Source: Treponemataceae bacterium (lineage in GTDB: Bacteria > Spirochaetota > Spirochaetia > Treponematales > Rectinemataceae). From it: a DNA stretch of 64,000 nucleotides. The stretch is from positions 288,001-352,000 of the forward strand of contig CAXXHO010000005.1 of NCBI GenBank assembly GCA_963667725.2, read 5' to 3'. Positions 48,402-58,797 of this stretch are shown in pieces; within the stretch, counting starts at the first letter, position 1, and each line of letters starts with the position of its first letter. Under the pieces are notes generated by a model that ran no database searches, was not told the origin of the DNA, and saw only the letters and a list, made by a program, of their open reading frames with translations. Made by a program: the position numbers and the translations under genes.

Positions 48402-51335
48402 ATGTCATTTACGCTCATAGAGGAACGCCCGGTTCCGGAAATTGATTCCATAGCCAGACTTTATCGCCATGACGCCACCGGCGCACGCCTCCTTTCCATC
48501 GCCAACAAAGACGAAAACAAGGCCTTCGGCATCACCTTCAGGACCCCGCCTTCTCGCTCCGACGGCGTAGCCCACATCATGGAACACTCGGTGCTCTGCG
48601 GCTCGGAAAAATACCCCGTCAAGGAACCCTTCGTCGAACTGATGAAAGGCTCGCTCAACACCTTCCTCAACGCCTTCACGTATCCCGACAAGACGGTTTA
48701 TCCCGTGGCTTCGACCAACAAGAAGGACTTCTACAACCTCGTCGATGTCTATATGGACGCCGTGCTCAAGCCGCGCATCACCGAGGATACCTTCCGCCAG
48801 GAAGGCTGGCACTACGAGGTCGACGCCGAAACGGGGGCGCTCGCCTACAAGGGCGTAGTCTTCAACGAGATGAAGGGGGCATATTCCGACCCCGACGACT
48901 TCCACGACGACCAGTGCCGCCGCTCGCTCTTTCCGGACACGGCATACGGTCTGGATTCCGGAGGCGATCCCGCCGTCATCCCCCAGCTGGATTATGCCGC
49001 CTTCCTGGCATTCCATGAGAAGTATTACCATCCCTCGAATTCCTTCATCTACTTTTACGGAGACGACGATCCGGACGAGCGCCTGGCTTTCATCGATACG
49101 TGGCTTGCGCCCTATTCGCGCATGGAAGTGGATTCGCTGCCTGGGCTGCAGACCCCTTTCGCGGCGCCCATCGCCCGCACAGCCGTCTACGAAGGCAAGG
49201 AACCCAAGGCTTGGACTGCCGTCAACTGGGCGCTGGCCGAGCATGGGGACCAGAAGACGACGCTAGGCCTCTCGATTCTCTCCCACATACTCACCGCCAC
49301 GCCCGCCTCTCCCCTTCGCAAGGCTCTCATCGATTCGGGGCTGGGCGAGGATCTGGCCGGATTCGGCCTCGAGGACTCGATGAGGCTTGGGGCGTGGTCG
49401 GTAGGGCTCAAGGGCGTGCGGCCCGACAAGGTGAAAGAGGTCGAGGACCTGATCCTTTCGGAACTCACGCGGCTGGCCGATGAGGGCATCGATCCGGATA
49501 CGGTGGAAGCTTCCATCAACACGGTGGAGTTCGCCCTGCGCGAGAAGAATTCGGGGCGCTTCCCCCGCGGACTCGCGGTGATGCTGGAGGCGCTCAACGA
49601 GTGGCTCTACGACAAGGACCCAATCAAGGCGCTTTCCTTTGGCGCCTCCCTCGCCGAAATCAAGAAAGAGGCGACGGATGGCGGCGTCTACTTCGAAAGG
49701 CTCATCCGCGCATGGCTGCTCGACAATCCGCACAGAAGCACCGTGACGATACTGCCGGATCCGGAAGCCGGCGCGCGCCGGGAAGCGGAGGAGAAGGCGG
49801 CGCTGGAGGCCGCGCGCGCCGCTATGTCCGAGGCAGAATTGAAGGCGGCGGCGACCGCGGCGGAGCAGCTTCAGCTGCGGCAGAACGCTTCCGACAGTCC
49901 CGAAGCCCTCGCCACGATTCCCTCGCTGGAACTGGCCGATCTGCCTAAAAACGCGTCGAGGATTCCCTCCGAAACGGGAACGATCGCCTCCTCCACCCTG
50001 CTCTTCCACGATCTTTCGACCAGTTCCATCCTCTACCTGGACCTGGCCTTCCCCATGAACGGGCTGGACGAAAGGCTCCTTCCCTATATGGGGCTTCTCG
50101 GCAGGGCTCTCCTGGAAATGGGAACGGAAGACGCCGACTATGTGACGATGAGCCAGGAAATAGGCAAGCATACCGGCGGCGTCGGCACGACGAGCGTGCT
50201 CACCACGAAGTGGAACCGTCCCGAGGCCGCGGCCTATTTTGTGTTCAGGTCCAAGGCTATCGTGGAGAAGGTTCCGAAGCTTCTGGCGCTCCTGGAATCC
50301 GTGCTTCTTGGCGCGAAACTGGACAACAGGGAGCGGTTCAAGCAGATCGTTCTCGAGGAAAAGGCCCAATCCGAGGCCTCGCTCATTCCTTCGGGCCACC
50401 GTCTCGTCGGCTTGAGGCTCCTTTCGAGGCTCACCGAGGCGGACCGCATGTCCGAATCCATCAATGGCCTGGAACAGCTTTTCTTCCTCCGCGCGCTCGC
50501 CGAGAGGATCGATTCCGACTGGGCAGGCGTGCTCGCCGACCTGACGGCGACGCGGGACACGGTGGTGAGCGCTGCGGGCGCGATCGTGAACGTCACCATC
50601 GACAGGAAGGATTTCGAAAGGCTGAGGCCACAGCTGGAAGGTTTCGTCGCGGCGCTCCCGCAGGGGCAGGATGGAACGGCCGGCGCGCGGGCCCAGGCCA
50701 GCGGGCTCGATGCGGCGCAGGCCCGCGGCGGCGCTACCGCGGCGCCCGCCATGGAACTGCTGACCGCCCCCACCCAGGTGAATTTCGTGGGCAAGGCCTA
50801 TCCAATGGCCGCCGCGGGCGGCAAACCCTCGGGAGCCTTTCTCGTCGCGAAAAAATATCTCGACACCACCTTCCTCTGGGAAAAGGTGCGCGTGCAGGGC
50901 GGCGCCTACGGCGGTTTCTCCATGTATGACCTCAACTCGGGCGTCTTCGTCTTCCTTTCCTACAGGGATCCTAACCTCGAAAAAACGCTCGACATCTTCG
51001 CGCAGGCTTCCGAATATCTTGACAAACTCGAAATCTCGGAGGAGGAACTCACCCGCGCCATCATCGGGACCATCGGCGGCGTCGACAGCTATCTGCTTCC
51101 CGACGCCAAGGGCTTCACCTCCCTTGTCCATTACATGACAGGGTACCGTTACGAGGACAGGCAAACCATGCGCGGCCAGATCCTGGCAGCGTCGCCAGCC
51201 GACTTCAAGGCGCTCGCGGCCTCGATTGCGGCGGCGGCTCCCTTCTCCATTGCTGGCGCTCTAAGCTCCGCGCAGAAAATCGACGCGCTCCCCGAATCGA
51301 TGCGCGACGGAGCAAAGATAATCGCTGTCATGTGA
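48402..51335 (+). CDS. M16C metallopeptidase (presequence protease/insulinase family)
   Basis: HIMEHSVLCGSEKYP, TFLNAFT, GVVFNEMKG, VRVQGGAYG, SYRDP. Confidence 0.93.
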   Translation: MSFTLIEERPVPEIDSIARLYRHDATGARLLSIANKDENKAFGITFRTPPSRSDGVAHIMEHSVLCGSEKYPVKEPFVELMKGSLNTFLNAFTYPDKTVYPVASTNKKDFYNLVDVYMDAVLKPRITEDTFRQEGWHYEVDAETGALAYKGVVFNEMKGAYSDPDDFHDDQCRRSLFPDTAYGLDSGGDPAVIPQLDYAAFLAFHEKYYHPSNSFIYFYGDDDPDERLAFIDTWLAPYSRMEVDSLPGLQTPFAAPIARTAVYEGKEPKAWTAVNWALAEHGDQKTTLGLSILSHILTATPASPLRKALIDSGLGEDLAGFGLEDSMRLGAWSVGLKGVRPDKVKEVEDLILSELTRLADEGIDPDTVEASINTVEFALREKNSGRFPRGLAVMLEALNEWLYDKDPIKALSFGASLAEIKKEATDGGVYFERLIRAWLLDNPHRSTVTILPDPEAGARREAEEKAALEAARAAMSEAELKAAATAAEQLQLRQNASDSPEALATIPSLELADLPKNASRIPSETGTIASSTLLFHDLSTSSILYLDLAFPMNGLDERLLPYMGLLGRALLEMGTEDADYVTMSQEIGKHTGGVGTTSVLTTKWNRPEAAAYFVFRSKAIVEKVPKLLALLESVLLGAKLDNRERFKQIVLEEKAQSEASLIPSGHRLVGLRLLSRLTEADRMSESINGLEQLFFLRALAERIDSDWAGVLADLTATRDTVVSAAGAIVNVTIDRKDFERLRPQLEGFVAALPQGQDGTAGARAQASGLDAAQARGGATAAPAMELLTAPTQVNFVGKAYPMAAAGGKPSGAFLVAKKYLDTTFLWEKVRVQGGAYGGFSMYDLNSGVFVFLSYRDPNLEKTLDIFAQASEYLDKLEISEEELTRAIIGTIGGVDSYLLPDAKGFTSLVHYMTGYRYEDRQTMRGQILAASPADFKALAASIAAAAPFSIAGALSSAQKIDALPESMRDGAKIIAVM

Positions 51336-51446
51336 CAGCGCCGTTTTTCCGTGTTATAATCCTCTCCATATGAAAGATGCCGTCCTGGAATTGCTTTCAG
51401 GACAACATCTTTCATAGTCTTTTCATAAATTTTGAAGGGAGACAAA

Positions 51447-52917
51447 ATGCGGAAAAAAATAAGCGCGGCTTTGCTCATTTTCGCTTGCGTCGCGACATTC
51501 GCCGGATTTGCCGAAGGAACCGGGCCTACTATGGAGGCCGGCTTCTTCTTCAATCTTTTCCCCATGTTCGAGTACACGACCCAGGCTCAGGTATCGACCG
51601 GCTCCGACATCTCCGACCGGGCCTTCGGCGAGTACTACAACAAGCCGACTTTCGGCTCGGGCGGTTTCTATTTCAAGACGGGGCCAATCACCGCCATCGG
51701 CATCATGGAGTTCCAGCAGGATATCTGGTCTAAGCTCTATAAACAGTCCATTTTCAATATGCCGGACTCCAGGACAGGCTGGGCTCCCGACATCATCGAT
51801 CTCGGCACGTTCTATCCCAACGTCGGCTATGTGGATTACGACTCCAATGGCATCAGGCTTTCTCTGGGACGCAGGAAGATAAAGGATGGTCCCGGCACCT
51901 ACGGTCTCGGAATCTCCTCCGGCAACCCTTTCTACGACCATGTCGCGGCCTCGTTGGCCGTGCCGATCGGCAGCGGGAAACTGGGCTATGACTATGTCGC
52001 GGTGGGCCTGCAGCGCTGGTCCAACGACGCTTTCGCCGGAACCGGAACCCAACCCAAATACTACTTCTTCCACCGGGCTTCGTGGACGGGTAAATATTTC
52101 ACGATTGGCATCAACGAATATACGCTTATAGCGGACGCGAATCCCGATTTCCAGGACTGGGGTCCCTTCCTCTTCTACCACAACCTCTTCACAACACACC
52201 AGAATGTCATGGCCGGCCTGGACTTCAACTGGACCCCCAGGGAGACCTTTGCCTTCTACGGCCAGTTCATCCTGGACGATTTCATGCTCGGCACGGAAGC
52301 AGGTAGCAACCCGACGGCCATCGGTCTCTCGGTGGGCGCGGACCTGAATCTCATTCCGGGTTCTGGGGCTGCGGGAGCTAAATATTACGATTCCGATTAC
52401 ACCTACTATGTCGGCAGGAACCAAGTGCCCAAGGGCGGCCTCAATGTCCGCGCCGAGGGCTATCTGCTCTCCAGATATCTCTACCGCAGGCAGAGCGGCG
52501 CTCCAAACGAAGCCTTTACCGCTCAGTACGAAGTCATGTCCAACTGGCCGCAGGCTATATCGACGGAAGGCCCTTCTCGCCACGCCCCTCGCCCCGACAC
52601 TGCCCTGGGGAGACTGGCCCTTACCTGGGTCGCCATGCCCTGGAAGCTTCCTTCGCCTTCGAGTACAGGCTCGTCGGTTCCGAGAGCGGCTTGAAGACCT
52701 ACGATTACAGTACCGTCGACTACTCGTGGAGCGTTCTCTGGCCAGCTCGCCGACTACCGAGCTGAGTTTCAAGCTCGACGGGAAATATCGCCTCGGCACC
52801 GCGTCCATGGCCACGGCAGGCGTGGTCCTTGTCCTGGACGAAGGAAGTCCGGCCGTTACCGTTAACGCCGGTTTCGCCCATCAGTTCGCCGCGGGCAAAG
52901 GTCCATCCTTAAAATAG
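51447..52917 (+). CDS. Outer-membrane beta-barrel protein (Wzi-like), with multiple apparent frameshifts at 52548-52745
   Basis: Signal peptide; SLGRRKIKDGPGTYGLGIS, YFFHR, FYGQFILDD. Five single-C insertions restore a continuous frame ending ...VNAGFAHQFAAGKGPSLK. Confidence 0.65.
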
Positions 52918-53457
52918 AGAAGTGGATTCAGTCAAGAACGTGAATAAAGCGGCGGCCCTTCGCGGACCGCCGACGTCCCCGCTATACTTCGCGAAGACGA
53001 CAATGTAGTTGTGCCCGTATTTCTTGGCGCATTTCGGGCATGTCGTGTAATAGAAGTAATAGTCCTTGGCGATTTTCGCCCTCATGGCGAGAAAATCGTC
53101 CACGGCCTGGATGTATTTGGGAACGTCGTTGTAGGGACCGTCGTAGACCTTGCTGAAAAAGGTGCCGCTCAACGTCACCGTTTCCGGGCCTTCCTTCGCG
53201 ACAGAGAGGAAAAGTTCCGATTTCCACGGCGAGGGATCGTGCATCAGGAGAAGAAAATCCCCCGTCGCTGGCGCGATGCCCAGATCCTGCGCCCGCTTCC
53301 ACAGCTTGCTTATCCCCGGTCCCATGAAGCCCGGAATGGGCATATGGAAAAGCTGCGGGATCGAGCCTTTCAGGAAAGGCTTATCCTTCCAAACGTGTTC
53401 GACGCCGTCCCACGGTTTAGGATCGAAAACCGGGCAGCATTCTTTCTCTTCGCCCAT
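52909..53457 (-). CDS. Conserved protein with GyrI-like region and CPKC motif
   Basis: ECCPVFDPKPWD, SKVYDGPY, YYTTCPKCAKKYGHNY. The real stop may be at 52982 if one base is missing. Confidence 0.75.
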   Translation of the reverse strand: MGEEKECCPVFDPKPWDGVEHVWKDKPFLKGSIPQLFHMPIPGFMGPGISKLWKRAQDLGIAPATGDFLLLMHDPSPWKSELFLSVAKEGPETVTLSGTFFSKVYDGPYNDVPKYIQAVDDFLAMRAKIAKDYYFYYTTCPKCAKKYGHNYIVVFAKYSGDVGGPRRAAALFTFLTESTSLF

Positions 53458-53478
53458 GGTTCACCTCCACTTCCTAGT

Positions 53479-54279
53479 TTAAAGCACGAAAAAGAGGAAT
53501 ACGAGGGCCTCCCGCCACGAAGCCGCGCTGTACGCCACTTCGTGGGTGCCGATCTTCTGGGCTCCGGGGAAAAAGGAGCCTCGATGGGCAAGGTAATGTT
53601 CCTTGAAACGAATCTCGACGTCGAAGCGTCTCGGTATGTACTGTTTTTCGATCGCGGGAGGATTCGCGATGGCTTCCGCCACCGTGTCCCGGATCATGCG
53701 TTGGGCGACATTCGGATGAATCGATATCGATCCATTGCCGATCCCCCTGCTGACGGGAGCTGTCCTTATTCCCCAATCCAATCCGTCAGCGAAAGCGCAC
53801 AACGCCTCGTCGCCGGCCAGGAAGAGCACGGGCACGCGGAGGGAAACCGCCGTATAGGCATTCATGAGAAACTCGCTCGCCTGTATGCCGTTGACCTTCA
53901 CCCAGACGTTGCCGCCGTTCATCGTGTGGGCCAGGGGATTGCCGTCCGAGCCTGCCGGCGAATGATAGCCGGTAAAAAGAACGCCCTCGAAGGTCGAGTC
54001 GAGACCCGCCATCATGACCAGGGGATCCTTCGTCCAGGAGCGCAGTATCCTCACTTTTTCGGGCAGGGCTGACGGATCGATATTCCTGCCGGTGCTGTGG
54101 GCGTCCTTGACGAGGATGTCGTCCACGCCGGAGAAGACGGCGGCCTCGCAGGCCGCCGCCACTTCCTTCGTCATCTGCGACCTGAAATACACGCTCTGCG
54201 CGTCGCCGAGATCGGTTTCCTTCCAGTCCACGATGCCGCAGGTGCCTTCGATATCGGCGCTCAAATACAGTTTTTTCAT
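53479..54279 (-). CDS. dppA: D-aminopeptidase (peptidase M55, DppA)
   Basis: SADIEG, VKDAH, MMAGLD, GYH, LAHT, SEF. Confidence 0.9.
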   Translation of the reverse strand: MKKLYLSADIEGTCGIVDWKETDLGDAQSVYFRSQMTKEVAAACEAAVFSGVDDILVKDAHSTGRNIDPSALPEKVRILRSWTKDPLVMMAGLDSTFEGVLFTGYHSPAGSDGNPLAHTMNGGNVWVKVNGIQASEFLMNAYTAVSLRVPVLFLAGDEALCAFADGLDWGIRTAPVSRGIGNGSISIHPNVAQRMIRDTVAEAIANPPAIEKQYIPRRFDVEIRFKEHYLAHRGSFFPGAQKIGTHEVAYSAASWREALVFLFFVL

Positions 54280-54295
54280 GATCAGCCTCCGGATG

Positions 54296-55069
54296 CTATA
54301 ATTTTGCCGCTCGCGTGGCGATGAACGTATTGATATAGGGATCGAGCAGGTCTCCCCATCCCGAAGAGTCCTCGAAGAATCCCGTCACGGCGAATCCGGC
54401 GGCGATCTGGCCGCCTATCTGGTCTTCGAGGGAGTGGCCGAATTCCAGCGCTTCCTTGGCCGCCATTCTCTTGGCCAGCAGATCTTCGGGAAGTTGCGCG
54501 ATATCGGAATAGGGAATTCTGTAGCGCACGTTCAGCTTCTGGTTCGTGTCCCATTCCTCAAGATCGAATATGTAGAGAATAGGATTGACGAAACCGGCGA
54601 GGAGAACGCCGCCCTTTTTAAGGACTCTACGACATTCCTTCCAAACCGGCCGCACATCCTCGACGAAGATGTTCGACACCGGATGGAATATTACATCGAA
54701 GCTGCCGTCGGGGAAGCGCGAAAGGTCTTTCATGTCGCCCTGCTCCAGGCGTATATCCAGCCCTTCGCGCGCCGCGACCGCGCCGTCGCGCTCCAGCTGG
54801 GCGGGGCAGTTGTCGAACACGGTGACTTTCGCATCCGCGGCGGCGAGAATCGGTCCCTGCTGGCCGCCGCCGGAGGCGAGGCAGAGAATGTCTTTCCCGC
54901 TCACTTCGCCGAACCATTCCCGCGGAACCGGTTTTGTCGGCGTAAGGAGCAGCGACCATTGGCCTTTTCTGGCGTCAGCGATTTCCTCAGGCGATACGGG
55001 CACCGTCCATTTGTTGCCTTCGGCCACTTCCTTGGTCCAGGCTTCCCTGTTATAGCTGACAATATCCAC
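54296..55069 (-). CDS. Class I SAM-dependent methyltransferase
   Basis: LCLASGGGQQ, GDMKDLS, FHPVSN, LEFGHSLEDQIGGQ. Confidence 0.9.
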   Translation of the reverse strand: MDIVSYNREAWTKEVAEGNKWTVPVSPEEIADARKGQWSLLLTPTKPVPREWFGEVSGKDILCLASGGGQQGPILAAADAKVTVFDNCPAQLERDGAVAAREGLDIRLEQGDMKDLSRFPDGSFDVIFHPVSNIFVEDVRPVWKECRRVLKKGGVLLAGFVNPILYIFDLEEWDTNQKLNVRYRIPYSDIAQLPEDLLAKRMAAKEALEFGHSLEDQIGGQIAAGFAVTGFFEDSSGWGDLLDPYINTFIATRAAKL

Positions 55070-55126
55070 GTCGTTCTCCTTCAGAATCCTGACCGCGCCG
55101 ATCGGGGGATCAGGACACCGCGGCTC

Positions 55127-56050
55127 TCAGAGCGTCTTTTCGAGATAGACTGCCCCTTCCAGAGGATTGTACACATAGGCGCCCGTTTCATGGAAGCCTA
55201 AGGATCCGTACAGCGAAAGGGCTGGACGCATGGATTTGAGCGTGTCCAGACGCATGAGCCGATAGCCCTTCGATCGGGCCTCCTCGATTATCATAAGCGC
55301 GAGTTTCTTGCCCACGCCCCTGCCCTTGCAGGCGTCCCTGACGAAGAGTCGCTTCATCTCGCAGATGCCGTCGCCGATTTTCTTCATGGCGACGCAGCCG
55401 CACAACGCGCCGCCGGCTTTGGCGACAAGGAGCGCCCCATCGGGTTCGGAATATTTTCCCGGCAAAGTCTTCAGCTCCTCATCAATACCCTGAAAACAAA
55501 GGTCCAAAGCCATGGAGGACAGATACTCCTCGATGAGGCCGCGTACGGCTTCCATGTCGGCGGGTTTGGCCTTTCGATACGTTATGCGCGCGATCTTCGC
55601 GGTTCCGGAACCGGAGGGCATTTCGGCGAGCTTGATGGAGAGCAGCGCGAAAAAGGAGTCCACATCGTCCGTGGCGTTGATACTGAGGGATATGCCGTGA
55701 TATTTCTTTCCCTTCGATTCCGCGTACTGCGTCTTGGCCGCTTCGGGCAAGGGCGCGGCGTTCACCGCGTCTCCCTTGTCGGGCTTGAGATAGAACGTTG
55801 TCCTGAAATATCCTTCATAGACGCCGAGCCAGAACACGGTCTTCTCCTTCGCGGAGACCTTGAGAAGCCAGCATTTGGTGTCGCGGTAATAGGACCAGTT
55901 CTCGACTATTCCGGGGTGATTTTTGCGCAGCCTTTCGAAGAGCGTCTCGTAGGCGCCGAAGGCTGTCTCGCCGAGCGCATTTTTCAGGGATCCTTCCAGA
56001 GGATGCGCGGCGGCGTTGATCAATGCCGATTTTTCCATATCGATTATCAT
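55127..56050 (-). CDS. DUF3788-like domain fused to GNAT acetyltransferase
   Basis: N-terminal WSYYRDTKCWLLKV..KEKTVFWL; C-terminal LCFQGIDEEL..LPGKY, CEMKRLFV, GRGVG, LDTL. Confidence 0.82.
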   Translation of the reverse strand: MIIDMEKSALINAAAHPLEGSLKNALGETAFGAYETLFERLRKNHPGIVENWSYYRDTKCWLLKVSAKEKTVFWLGVYEGYFRTTFYLKPDKGDAVNAAPLPEAAKTQYAESKGKKYHGISLSINATDDVDSFFALLSIKLAEMPSGSGTAKIARITYRKAKPADMEAVRGLIEEYLSSMALDLCFQGIDEELKTLPGKYSEPDGALLVAKAGGALCGCVAMKKIGDGICEMKRLFVRDACKGRGVGKKLALMIIEEARSKGYRLMRLDTLKSMRPALSLYGSLGFHETGAYVYNPLEGAVYLEKTL

Positions 56051-56072
56051 CCGCTATTGCGGCCGATAAATC

Positions 56073-56104
56073 AACGAACCTCGCGGTTTCTCGCGAGGTT
56101 CGTT
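56073..56104. terminator. 13-bp perfect hairpin, probable terminator
   Basis: AACGAACCTCGCG-N6-CGCGAGGTTCGTT downstream of the lipoprotein gene. Confidence 0.6.
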
Positions 56105-56165
56105 ATGCTGTGGGGTATTGCTTTACGTCAATGGATCGAGCGCGATTCGCGGCGGGAAAGCCGGC

Positions 56166-56693
56166 TTACTCGACCTTCCAGTACTCCAGGTGGATGGTGT
56201 AGCCGTTCGAGGACTTCTCGATGACGCCGGTGGGTTCGCCGAGGGCCTCGATTTGCTCTTGTGTAATCGGCTTGGATACCACGACAGACGAACTCTCGGT
56301 TGCTTTGGCGTTCTTGCTGGCGGAAAGCGATCGATAAAGCGGCGTATAGATATCAGCATACCCTTCATGCAGGTATATATAGAAATAGGCGTCATAAAGA
56401 TAGGAGGGACTAAACAGATAATCCTCATCCGGCGTGAGAGTGTAGCTAAAGTAAACCATAGGTTTGAAGTTTATATTGTAACCGACATAGTAGGTGCCAG
56501 GCTGGGAGTGATAATATTCATTATAACTCACGGTGCTCAGATTGGCGATGGTTGGATTAGTGTCGCTAAAGTATGTCAGTACATTATCCCAACCGTAGCC
56601 GATATAGACATCACCTCTCACCGTAATGTAGCAGGAAGAAAACAGCACTGCGACTAATACAGCCGCCGCCAATAAAAAACGTTTGCCTTTCAT
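56166..56693 (-). CDS. Tyr-rich hypothetical lipoprotein (AT-rich codons)
   Basis: Lipobox LFSSC; GGAG SD; 175 aa. Confidence 0.75.
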   Translation of the reverse strand: MKGKRFLLAAAVLVAVLFSSCYITVRGDVYIGYGWDNVLTYFSDTNPTIANLSTVSYNEYYHSQPGTYYVGYNINFKPMVYFSYTLTPDEDYLFSPSYLYDAYFYIYLHEGYADIYTPLYRSLSASKNAKATESSSVVVSKPITQEQIEALGEPTGVIEKSSNGYTIHLEYWKVE

Positions 56694-56916
56694 GTTCCTT
56701 TCTCCTCGATCAGGGCGTCGATTCACGGCCTTGTCGCCCATACTTTACTAACATACCGTTTAATCGATCGTTATATCCACTTTTTGAGGAAAATTTCGTT
56801 CATTTCAACGTTGCGGCCGGGCGCGGCACCCCCCAGCTCGTTGCGGCCCAGCCGCGGCGCGGCGGCTCAAGCCCGCGTAGAAGCCCCGCCCGGAACCATG
56901 GTATAGTGGGCGCCGC

Positions 56917-58797
56917 ATGAACATTCTTTCCATATCCGGCGCCGCCGTCGCGCTGAAAGACGGATTTCTTTTCGAAGGGCTCGATCTGGGCATCGAATCG
57001 GGCGAGAGGATCGGCCTCGTGGGGCTCAACGGCTCGGGAAAAACGACCCTGCTCCGCATCCTCGCTGGCACGCTGCAGGCCGACAAAGGCGAATTCGCCC
57101 GGCGAAGAGGCCTCGCCGTATCCATCCTGGAGCAGATGCCAACCTTTGGCCCCGAAACGACGATCGCCGACTTTCTCTATGGGGGAAAGTCCCCTGAAAT
57201 ACATCTCAACAAGCGGCGGCGTCACGCCGAAGGCCAGGAACTCGCGCGTATAGAGAAGGAACTCGAGGCCCTGGGACCCGTCCCCCTCGAGAACCGCTAC
57301 GCCTCGCTCTGCGCCGAACTAGGCCTCAGCGATCTCGATCGGCTCATGTCGACTATGTCGGGCGGCGAAGTGAAAAAGGCCGCGCTGGCGCGGACGCTGG
57401 CGCCTAAATCGGATCTCATCCTCCTCGACGAACCCACCAACCATCTCGACCTCGATTCGATCGAATGGCTCGAGACGAGGCTTCTCGCCTCCAAATTCGC
57501 CTTCGTCCTCGTGACGCACGATCGCTGGTTCCTGGACACGGTAGCCGACTCGATTCTCGAGATAGACAGGCGCCGCGTACACCGCCATCCTGGCAATTAT
57601 ACGCAATATCTCCAGCGAAAGGCGGAACGCTGGGCCGCCCTTGAGGCGGCCGAAAACCGCCGTCTGGCCAACCTCAAGGTGGAGCTCGCCTGGCTTATGC
57701 GCGGGGCGCGGGCCAGGGCTACGAAAAGCGAACGCCGAAAGGACGATATCAGGGCGATGCAGGCCGCCGCGCTGGAGCGTCCCGCGTCGAACTTCGTCTT
57801 CTCGTCGGCCGAAAGCCGCTTGGGGAAAAAAGCCGTCATTCTCAAGGGCGCGTCGGTCTCTTACGACGGCAAAAAAGTGCTAAATCCCGTCGATTACGAG
57901 ATCGAGCCGGGCGCCCGGCTCGGCATCGTCGGGCCCAACGGCTCGGGCAAGACGAGCCTCCTCAACCTTATCACGGGAAAGATCGAGCCGACCTCGGGCA
58001 GCGTCGTCCGCGGCGACACAACGCGGATTTCCTGCTTTGAGCAGACGGCCGATTCGGTCGACCCCGCCGTTTCGGTGCTGGATTATATCCGCGGCCACGC
58101 CGAGCGCCTGAGGCTTTCCGACGGCGCCGCCCAGGACGCGACGATCCTCCTCGAGCGTTTCGGTTTCAGCCGGGACTTCCAGGCCATGCCCGTTGGGAAA
58201 CTTTCGGGCGGCGAGCGCAGGAGGCTACAGCTGGTGCGCGTCCTGGTCGAGGCGCCGAACATCCTGCTCCTGGATGAGCCGACCAACGATCTCGACATAG
58301 ACACGATCGAGGCGCTCGAGGATTTCCTCGAAGGATTCCAGGGTTGCGTCGTGGCGGTTTCCCACGACCGCGCCTTCCTGGACCGCATAGCCCGCTTCCT
58401 CATCGTGATGGACGGCAAGGGCGACGCGAGGCCTTTCAACGGCTCCTACCTGGAATGGAAGGCGGAGCTCGACGAGGCGAAGGCGCAGGCCGCGGCGGCC
58501 AAGAAGGGGGCGGGGGAGCGGGACGACGCGGCCGGCGGCGCAGCGGCGAAGCCAGGCGCGGCGCGCGGCAAAAAAAAGAAGTTCAGCTTCGCCGAGCGGC
58601 GCGAATTCGACGGCCTCATGCCCGAAATCGACGCGCTCGAGGCGGAAAAGGCCGGCATCGAGACGCTGTTCGGGACGGCGGGCGCCGCGCCCGCGGAGAT
58701 CCGGAAAGCCCATGAGCGCTATGACGAAGTGATCCACCTCATCGAGACGAAAACCCTGCGCTGGGAAGAACTCGCCCAGCGGGAGGCGGAACTGTGA
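56917..58797 (+). CDS. uup: ABC-F ATPase, Uup-like
   Basis: Two ABC domains; ELAWLMRGARARATK linker; C-terminal KKFSFAERREF...RWEEL coiled coil. Confidence 0.88.
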   Translation: MNILSISGAAVALKDGFLFEGLDLGIESGERIGLVGLNGSGKTTLLRILAGTLQADKGEFARRRGLAVSILEQMPTFGPETTIADFLYGGKSPEIHLNKRRRHAEGQELARIEKELEALGPVPLENRYASLCAELGLSDLDRLMSTMSGGEVKKAALARTLAPKSDLILLDEPTNHLDLDSIEWLETRLLASKFAFVLVTHDRWFLDTVADSILEIDRRRVHRHPGNYTQYLQRKAERWAALEAAENRRLANLKVELAWLMRGARARATKSERRKDDIRAMQAAALERPASNFVFSSAESRLGKKAVILKGASVSYDGKKVLNPVDYEIEPGARLGIVGPNGSGKTSLLNLITGKIEPTSGSVVRGDTTRISCFEQTADSVDPAVSVLDYIRGHAERLRLSDGAAQDATILLERFGFSRDFQAMPVGKLSGGERRRLQLVRVLVEAPNILLLDEPTNDLDIDTIEALEDFLEGFQGCVVAVSHDRAFLDRIARFLIVMDGKGDARPFNGSYLEWKAELDEAKAQAAAAKKGAGERDDAAGGAAAKPGAARGKKKKFSFAERREFDGLMPEIDALEAEKAGIETLFGTAGAAPAEIRKAHERYDEVIHLIETKTLRWEELAQREAEL

